Shown here one piece after another: positions 55,113-64,000 of a DNA stretch of 64,000 bases; position 1 is the first letter of the stretch; each line of letters opens with the position of its first letter. The stretch comes from Lepidodermella squamata (taxonomy: Eukaryota > Animalia > Gastrotricha). Made by a program: the position numbers and the translations under genes. The notes beneath the pieces were generated by a model. That model was not told where the DNA came from. It made no database searches and saw only the letters and a list, made by a program, of their open reading frames with translations. The stretch lies in the NCBI GenBank assembly GCA_047495785.1, contig JBLDXI010000042.1, positions 1,674,001 through 1,738,000 on the forward strand, written 5' to 3'.

Positions 55113-58100
55113 TGTAACGGGTTCGAATGGTCTAGGCAAGAGACGGCGGACTCCAACAACTGACAGGTTTTATTATACTATAAACAACTACCTGACTTGT
55201 GTGTATCAAGTGTCTGACAACATTATTAACAGGGTTTATATACTATCAGAATGGGTTGTTTTTCGAGGCCGTGTTGGTTCCGGATGATGAAGATCGGTCA
55301 TGCGAAACATCAGCTACTGTGTCGGCTACAGGAATCGCACTAACACGTCGGTGAACCGTAGAGATGTAAGTCGAGTGGAACCGCGCTGTGTTGCCGGTGA
55401 TGCGTAGAGCCTCGGCGAACTGAGCGGCGATTCGTCATGGTCGACTTCATACCGGTTACAATTCCTCCCCGTTTAACCTGCGACTACGGGTGTCCACGAA
55501 AACAGTTATCCACAGAGTCATTGAATCGTGACCGCGTATCGTTCGCTGGTTACCATATAAAATGACCATGTCGGAGGCAGTTCCATAACTTCAAGCAATA
55601 CAACTACGCCCAGTATGTCCAACGTCGAAGATCAACGCTCGGGTGCCATCAGCCCAGCATCCAGTGACATCTCTGGCCGAACTTACGACCCAACGACCCG
55701 TGCTGGCGTCGAGGAGCTAGTGGCAGCAGCACTTCGCACCTATGAATCATTTCTGTTCCGTCATAGCGGACATGCCCGCGATCTTGCGATTACCGCGTCG
55801 TATATACGGTGGTTGAGGAGTGATCCACCGGGATCAATGAATCCTCAAACTACCCGCATGCCGCAGCCGGTGTCCGAAACAGTTCCTGACGTAGGTGCCC
55901 GCGCAATGGCTGCGGAAACCGTCGAGGCTACACTGGTCGACGCCGAGGTTGAAGTCAATGTCCGCCCCGTAGTAAAAGATACTGCAACTGCCACTGAAAC
56001 GGTGGTTGCCGATGAGTTGTCATCGTCGAATCTACGGCTTGGCCGGAAACGTTGTGCAGCTGTGGTCCACATGCGGCGTAGTACCCGTCGGAAGATTTGA
56101 GTTGCATCTTGGTCGTGAGTTGCTTCACTTCATCACATATTAGAGCAGGCGTATCTGTTTGATTTACAGGAATCGTAACAGTATAGCTCTAAACAACACT
56201 ACTACAACACTATTACTATGCAACTATACTACCAGCAACAAAGGTCATAATGTTAGTAATAATCGGCGTGCATAAACTATACCACGGCTCGGCACAATTG
56301 TTATTATTCGACTTGTTAATTTGCTACGGTAGTTGTTAATGGTCACTCCACCCCGTCCCGACATGATATTCCCATCCCTCTTTTTTCAAGGTAATAAAAG
56401 AAAGGCGCAGACCCAAGCTTAGAAGGTTTATAGCGCACAACACAAGACTGAATCAGAAGAGCAACTATCACTAATGACGAGAACATTCATTCGGCCAGTT
56501 CGACACCTCAGGGCTCTTCCTCGAACCAATGGCGTCAGTGTTGATCGCTGTAGCGTTCGTCAGGGATACGTGTCGTAAAGAAGGTAAACAAAGTCGACGG
56601 CTCTTAACTCGCCGCTTCCATTATCATCATCACCTCGGCTTCTGGTTACAGGGTTCGTCACTTCCTTAATCGACGTTGCGACTTTAGTGATACTCCGACT
56701 CCATTCACGCTACGTCGCAGCATCTTTCACGGCTACAATCGCCTTGCAAGGTTCAGCGGCGCCATGATCAACGCGGTTAAACCAGTCCACGAAGACTGCA
56801 ATTGGCGACTTCGAGGGGTGTTCAAACAACATTATAATTGGCGCCATCCATCATCCAGCAGCCAACAAACGGAGCGAGCCGCCATTCGGGGGTTTTCTTA
56901 CCATATCAACCAGTCAAAAATCTTTGCGAACTACCGCTCCCTTCCAGGTCGTCACCTGGGAAATCTCCAGACTATGCGTCTCCAGGATTGTACAATCATA
57001 GTATCACATCGCTCTCAATTGTCAGTCATGTCGCCCGCATTCTGTACGTCAGGCTCCAGGTGAAGAAGGTTCGGCCGAACTTTTGACTCCCGACGTAAAT
57101 GCGGCGCGTGCCTACGGTACCGTCCGGTCGTTAGCTTCTCTATATTGCGACAGTCTCTTCCTCCTTCCTTTCAAGAAGGGCATACTCCATAATAAACTTC
57201 GTTCCTCAACCATATATACGACAACTGCTGCTGGACAACACGCCCTCGTCTCCGTTCAATGTTATCGGTGACAACCAGAAGTTACGTCCGTGTAAGAAAA
57301 CTCATCCTCTCTTCCGTACCGTCTTAGGGGCTGGGGTTAAGGCTGAAGTCGGTTACCGGTCTGAAACCATCATGTCTTTCCTCCAAAACAAAACAGCTGC
57401 ATGCACCCGGTACCAGTGCTAGGGTTAGCCAGTATTTCCATAACTCGCAATACGTCTACGCTCTACGCGTACTAATCACTAAGTGTGGGCATTCAACGCT
57501 ACAGTGCCCAGTTGTACATTGTAGGCCCTGCACCATTCATCCGCCTTCTTAGCGACGTTGTCCGCAAAAGGTCTGACCACGACTGCTCGGTCGTCGATCC
57601 TATCCTTGCCAGGCTGCCTTGACTGTTTCGCCCAGCCCGATCCATCAGATCAGTCCCAGTCCGATCAATATTTCGACGCTCGCCAGTATCCGCTGATTCT
57701 CGTTGCCTTGCAGATTGTCAACGTCGTCGGCACCTTGTCTTTCGCTGTGGCTACATCTTTCGGATGTCGTACTTGCCATTTGGCCCTTTGTCGTCGAGCT
57801 TTCGCTAAGGTTTTATCTGCAGTCCTACACTCCTCCGGGTCGACAGGTTCCTGCTTGATCATGGGGTCCGCCGCTCTCGGCTAGAGCCACTTCTGACACC
57901 AAATTGTAACGGGTTCGAATGGTCTAGGCAAGAGACGGCGGACTCCAACAACTGACAGGTTTTATTATACTATAAACAACTACCTGACTTGTGTGTATCA
58001 AGTGTCTGACAACATTATTAACAGGGTTTATATACTATCAGAATGGGTTGTTTTTCGAGGCCGTGTTGGTTCCGGATGATGAAGATCGGTCATGCGAAAC

Positions 58101-58252
58101 ATCAGCTACTGTGTCGGCTACAGGAATCGCACTAACACGTCGGTGAACCGTAGAGATGTAAGTCGAGTGGAACCGCGCTGTGTTGCCGGTGATGCGTAGA
58201 GCCTCGGCGAACTGAGCGGCGATTCGTCATGGTCGACTTCATACCGGTTACA
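55113..58252 (-). mobile_element. Non-autonomous Gypsy-type LTR retroelement (3140 bp)
   Basis: 348-bp TG...CA LTRs (55113-55460 and 57905-58252) that appear identical; AAAT TSD; minus-strand PBS TGGTGTCAGAAGTGG (~57887-57901); PPT at 55461-55474; no pol ORF. Confidence 0.93.
55615..56100 (+). CDS. 161-aa ORF antisense to the LTR element
   Basis: ATG-initiated ORF with an upstream TATAAAA (~55556); no recognisable domain. Confidence 0.4.
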   Translation: MSNVEDQRSGAISPASSDISGRTYDPTTRAGVEELVAAALRTYESFLFRHSGHARDLAITASYIRWLRSDPPGSMNPQTTRMPQPVSETVPDVGARAMAAETVEATLVDAEVEVNVRPVVKDTATATETVVADELSSSNLRLGRKRCAAVVHMRRSTRRKI

Positions 58253-59467
58253 AAATCTTATTTCAAACAACAGACAGACCTTGCGATCGATTATGTTAAC
58301 ACCGGTAGCTTCAGTTCAGCTTTTTCGATCTACGACTCTTTGATCAATGGCGATTTATTTGAATATGGCTCGTATTTCACAAATTCAACCGGCTGTTCTG
58401 GGTATTTCAACATGTTGAGCTGCCAGGATTCGCCTGATTTAAGCTATTGGGCGCCATTCTTGGACCTTAATTCAACTAGAAAGGCTCTCCACGTTGGATC
58501 GACCCCTTTCAATCCTCACTCGAAGCTCGTCGAGCAGTTATTGGTTGGCGATATCATGAAATCGGTCAAGAATGAGGTCGAATACCTCTTGAACCACGTT
58601 CCAATCATGTTTTACACCGGGAATCTCGACGTTATTGTCCCAACACCCGGTATCGATGCTTTTTTGAGGTCGTTAACTTGGACTGGGTCGAACAGCTGGC
58701 GATTTTCTAACAGGACTATTTGGACTGACCCTGATGATGAAGCTTGGGTCTATACGAGTAATCATGACACATTGACTTATGCTGTGATAAGAAATGCCGG
58801 GCATTTAGTAGCCTATGATCAGGCGAAGACTTTCTATTTGTTGGCTAGGCAGTTTATTGGCGATTGGTGATGAATAAAACTGAAATTTCATTACAATATT
58901 CGTTGCTATGCTGTTCTTACCTGTTTTTCAAATAGAGAATACGATTTTAGTAAGATATGTCCTGATTTTGGACAAATTTAATACCGCGCGCAAAGAGGCT
59001 ATGAGGGCTATTTTCAGATATCGCGACGGATTTCATTTTCTAGACAAATAATAATTCAGACAATTCTCCATCCATTGAATATGGAGTTCTCTCGTGAGCA
59101 ATTTGGACGCATCTGGAAGGTGACGCTTTCGCCCATGCGAGTACTCATGAAACGTTGATGACGCTGTGATAGGAAATGCGCGGCAATACAAGCATACGAT
59201 CCGATAAATACTTGTTATTTTGCGGTGAGACAGTTTAAAGTTTAAGGGCGATTGGTGATAAATAAATCAGGTTAAACATGACCCACTTGTTTTTCTGTGT
59301 TTTTTGGCGGTTGTTAGGCTCGTATTTATTTGATTCCATAAATAGAAATACGTGACTCCTGAAAAAGGTCATTTTTAATTCGGACGCAACGATCGCGTGC
59401 CATTTTAGTTCCGTTCGGATATTTTTTAAAAGCCTTCATTCGAGTTTTTTTCAACATCATATTAAAC

Positions 59468-62400
59468 ATGATGAAAGCTTCAGGTCTTTTCTTTTTATTT
59501 TGCCTCTTTGGAGGTGTTTCGTGCCAATGGAAGCGCTGTATGTCACTTCTCGACAACTCATTCATTGACTGTGCGATGTCTTGTGATTTATTGAATGAAT
59601 ATCAGGTTTTTTTAATGATTTTTTCACCTTTTCATCATCATTGGCAACCAATTTTTCTATTTGTAGTCCGGCTCCAGCATTTCCACTTATGATTTGTGTC
59701 GAAGTGGGGTGAGCAATCATGAAACACTAATTCCAAATCAGATTTCATTTCCCGGAACAGAATGGCCGCATGTGTTACAAATTTGCCACCTTAACTCCTA
59801 GTTGCCGCCCAGGAATTGTTCCGTGCAAAGCTCCGGATGAAATATCGGTGCGTTATTGTGTACATTTATTCTAGCCTATCGCTTTTTTCTCGATCAGTTT
59901 CAGCCTTTCTACAGCCGATCGATACTTCGCTCAAGTTTGCAATTCTGCGAAGTCGACAGGACTAATTTTGCGGTATTTTGCGATTTGAATTAATTAAATT
60001 AATTAAAACTTGTATTTGTTCCAGATTCAAAATTTCAAGCAGTGCTCATTGAATGGCACTCTGGTCACTTGCGTCCCAATCAATCAAACGTGCCCTGACA
60101 TCACTGTAAGTCTTGTTTAAAAGCGTTTGAAAATTAACAGTGATGTCTGTGAACTATTCAGAAAAAATTAATTAATTCATGAAACCTCAAAGTATAATAA
60201 AAAATTAGTTTGAAAAATCAATTCCCGTATCCGAAATGTATTTATCGAAATTCCTAAATTTAGGGAGATGGGGGAATAATTTTGTAAATATTATCTTTTT
60301 GGGAATTCCGCTTTATCTGTCTTATACATGTAATTTTATTTTTGTTCACAAGGCTACTGGTGCTCGAACATATTCCAACCTTGCAACTTGCGTCGACGGG
60401 AAGAGTGAATTTCCTAATTCATTAATTTTGCTCTTGTAGATCAATTTATTTTCAGTTCTGGTGCCAGACAGTGAGAAGCCTCATGTTCGCTGTTTCAGCA
60501 ACCCTGGTCGAATCTTCAATGGCTGTCGCCTCAGCTCAATCGGCTGCTTTCCTAACAATGAGACCCAAGAAGCATCCCCGAAGCCGTACATCAACCGAGA
60601 TAACTGCCTTCGAGGGGTAAGTTCAATTTCGAACTCAATTCTCTCAGTCATAGCCCGACTGTTGATTCCAGGCTGCAGCTCAGTGCGACTCAAACGGAAC
60701 GAAGCTTTGCGTTGGAAGAGAATGCCCTGCGGGATCGACCCAGGTAACAAACATTTTTGAAAGTTTTCTTTCGAGAAACTCAAAATTGGAAGAAAAATTG
60801 AAATTAGTAGCCTTGTCCTTTTTATGCCTTATTTTCGTGCAGTCCGATAGGGCTCCTAGAAGTGAAGCAAAATTCATTTTGAGTTTCTTTAATCCAACTG
60901 GAATTTACAAATTTCCTTGTAATTAGGTTAAAATCCTCAGCCTTCGTAATAAAATGGAAGAAAATGTGACAATCAAGTGGATTTTTGGAATTTGTGCTAT
61001 ACCCATTTTTGTCTTTCAGTGGAAGCTCTACTTTAACCCTCTAAGTCCGACTATGGGTTTTCGTCAATTGCAACTTCTCGGCGTAGGTGTGGATTGCTTA
61101 TTAATTTTCGGCTAAAAATTTTTATACCACGGTTGAGCCCCTTACCTGAGCTTTCAGCACCCAGGCGGGCGCGTCCACAACGTGCAATTACGCAACACAG
61201 TAATTAGGTGAATGTCCCTCGCCTCTTAAACTCGTCGAAACACATGTACCATTATGTGTGCACACACGATGTGGGGCATTTTTTTGTCGCTCTGATTGCC
61301 ATTCGAACACACGAACGTGTTTTGGAAACCAATTTACATGCGGAAACACATGCGATCCATTTAATCACTGTTTTTAAGGCCCCAAATTGAGTTGCGCAGC
61401 TCTGCTTATAAATTTGTTGTCAGCAACATCTGGTGCTTACGCACCCTTGTGACAGCCACTTTTCATTTGATAAAGAAGTTATCAAGTGATTTTGTCGGCC
61501 CAATTCCGATAAATTCGATTGCCATCGATTCGATATAGATTTTCATGGGCCAATAGGTCGTAGTTAGGGTGAGTAACTGTAATACCAGCCGGTTTATCAA
61601 GGTTCCACTGATTTATCAACTAACCCTGATCGATAAATCAAAGTTTTGTCAATCACCTTCATGGATCACTTGTGTTTCGACAAGCCAAAAATTCGGCAAT
61701 CTATCGAATCACTTGTGTTTCGACATGTAAAAATGGCATTTTTGGTCAAAATGAAAAAAATTGTTGAAAATATTTTAAGACTTGTGTTAACACAAGCAAT
61801 TTTAAAAGTTACAATAGTAACACACATTTTTGTCATTTTTTTGCAACTTTCCAAAACACCAAGCGACTTACACATACACCCGCCGGACTTAGAGGGTTAA
61901 TACGACAGCCTTCCAAACAAATTACGAGACTTGCTTAGCAGATATTAAGCCGGTATGTTTGTAGTGATTTGTTGGCGTTTTGTGGCCGTGAAATTGCGTT
62001 TTTTCACCAGCCAGTCTTTTTTCGGTGTCTCGGACCAAACGGCGTTGTTACATGCCGACCTTTAGATTGCAACGTTGACGAGAAGAAATATCCAAAGAAA
62101 AACTTCACCAGCCAATCAGCTTGTCAAAACGCAGTGAAAACAGTGCAATTTTTCGGTGGAGCCTTTACTCGTTCTTCAGGAGACGGTAATTGCAAGCTGT
62201 TCGGTGGGCTATTGGTGACTATCAAAACGCAGGCGGATCTTGACAGAGCCTTGAAAGATCTTATTGCCACGACGTTTGGCCACATTGGCTTGTCCAATAA
62301 GTCTGGAAATTGGACGTGGGACGACGGCACGCCGTATACCAACTTCCCGCCCTGGGATTCTGGCGAGCCCAATTTCGGCGCTGATGCCTGTGCCATGCTA

Positions 62401-62475
62401 TACGATGCTGGGGTCATCCAAGACTCGGGCTGTGACGTTAAAGCGAGCGGTTTTTTTTGTGAAACCTTTGCTTGA
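59468..62475 (+). CDS. Secreted multi-exon protein: Cys-rich repeats plus C-type lectin domain (paralogue of 40177-42433)
   Basis: Signal MMKASGLFFLFCLFGGVSC; KPHVRCFSNPGRIFNGCR; CTL with WTWDDGT and GEPN. Confidence 0.78.
61037..61896. mobile_element. piggyBac-type MITE in an intron
   Basis: TTAA|CCCTCTAAGTCCG ... CGGACTTAGAGGG|TTAA. Confidence 0.88.
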
Positions 62476-64000
62476 AGCTGAAGAAACTTATCGAACTATA
62501 TTACGAGCTGATTTGACATTTGACATTTGACTGTCAACTCCTTCCGTGTTGAATATTTAAATGCTGCAATGTATTAAAAATTTATTTTGAGAAATTCTAT
62601 GCCTTGAACTCCTTGAATACATACGATATTAATTGTGAAAATAAAATATTATGTTTGGCCCGACTCTTTTAAATCCTCATTCGAAGCTCTTCGCCCCTCA
62701 TTATTGGCAACGGAGAAAATAAAACTTGTGAACAGTGGCGTTTATAAGGCCTTCTAAACTTTTTTTAGACCTCATCATCGTAGATTTTGACGCCTTAGGA
62801 ATACCCCAGACGCTACTGCATATTTTCCTGCTACAGTTGCCGTTGGATGAAAACTCCGTGTTATTGAAACAGGGACTATACCTGGCATTCTAACAGCTTC
62901 GTTGATAGTGGTTAAGGTTTAGTGCTCAGGCTAAACATCAGATGCGATATTCGTGCGTCGGTTCCATTTCTACTGGCTACTTTCAAAGAACAATTTTGCA
63001 GAGACTCAATGATGCCAGGTTCAGCAACCAGAAAATGCATCCATTCGAGCAGGCGTCAGTCGTGTAACGGTTTAGCATGGTGATGGTTGCCTTCCAAGAA
63101 TAATCATCTGGCTCACGGCGTAGACACGGCTAGTAAAATTAACGCTGATATTCCCCAAATCAGAGTGCGAGAGGTCCCATGATTCACCTCAACGCGCTCA
63201 AAAGGTAACTAATTCACCTCGCAAAGCATCTGAAGCTTCGCAAAGAAAGCAGAGAAAGGTCGAGGTTGATGAGGGAATTTCACATGTTCGCTATTTTAAC
63301 CGCTCAATTCCGGGCCCATATTAGTTCCGTCCAGTCAGAGGGTAAAAGTGGACTTAGCGCAAAACGCGCATAAGTCGAAATTTTTAGAAATTTCAAGGCC
63401 GCGTGCGGTAAAGTCAAAGGGCAAGTTTTAGAGGTTTATTACACTTTGATAGAATAGAAAATTACACTTTGATGGCTGTGTAAATTACACTTTGATAAGT
63501 AGATGAATCATATTATTGTCGATTTTTTTTCTGCTGCGCTGCTTTTCTCTTCGAGAAAATACGCTAAGTCAGAGATTTCAGCTGATAGCTGATCACTCAA
63601 ACAACAAGACAATACTTTGCCCCATTACCATGCGAGCGGAGCGAGCATGTGAGCCGGCCTCGGTAGTTTTTGTGTTGAGTCATAATGAAGTGTTGGTTTA
63701 TTAGGTAAATTAGAAAAACAATTCCTCAGCCCGCAGGCTAAATAGGAGATTACCGGGCTGTTAGTGGCCCCTCAGTGTTAGCAAATTGAATATGCACAGC
63801 TACGGCTCCGCGTATTAAGCGAGGTCGACAGAATGACAAATAACTATAAATATACAGTGTTCATTATAATGTTAATACGGGAATACTTCCAAGCCAACGC
63901 CTCGGGCCGCCGCTTTGCGCGTGCCGCCACCCGAGGCCCAACCGCTGCCTGCATCGACGAAAATCTACAGATAGTCCATCAGCCACCAAAAGGAACCAAC

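Larger units (their letters stand above)
54311..58870 (+). pseudogene. Intronless CPVL-like serine carboxypeptidase (S10) gene interrupted by an LTR element; catalytic Ser absent
   Basis: GEPLFLTPYI, SYSGFITV, DSPVGSGFS, GEGYAG, GNLD and NAGH. Removing 55113-58256 restores ..QGQK|SYFKQQ in frame. Confidence 0.85.

Noticed and set aside
57480-57862. gag/pol remnants in the LTR element
   Set aside because: Only a 65-aa ORF after the PBS, with no convincing CCHC, protease, RT or integrase motifs.

Overview
Animal genomic DNA with very short (~47-63 bp) GT-AG introns and TTTCAG/TTTTAG acceptors; a nematode-like invertebrate is inferred, not proven. Bases 1-15221 are the right part of an apparently intact Polinton/Maverick (adintovirus-like) element. 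It encodes protein-primed PolB, packaging ATPase, adenain-like protease, major and minor capsid proteins, basic core proteins and an rve integrase with chromodomain, and ends in ...ACTACT. Its genes carry about 16 spliceosomal introns, several splitting catalytic motifs. It also carries a host-like regulatory cargo: a RING/TRAF-zinc-finger E3 ligase, a tandem array of 4-5 UBL3-like ubiquitin-fold genes, an MPPED-type phosphoesterase, a CDK-like kinase and a TBP/TRF2-like factor. Just outside it lies an intronless P-loop NTPase gene with a signal peptide and KDEL. The rest is host DNA: a mucin-stalk surface protein, two astacin-EGF-CUB-kringle proteases and two C-type lectin genes sharing an unnamed Cys-rich repeat, and a CPVL-like gene split by a young non-autonomous LTR element. 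Other mobile elements are a Sola1 transposon with PB1 and zinc-finger passenger genes, a 5'-truncated LINE inside a Tigger-like shell, and several MITEs. All family assignments come from motif recognition by eye; no database searches were run.
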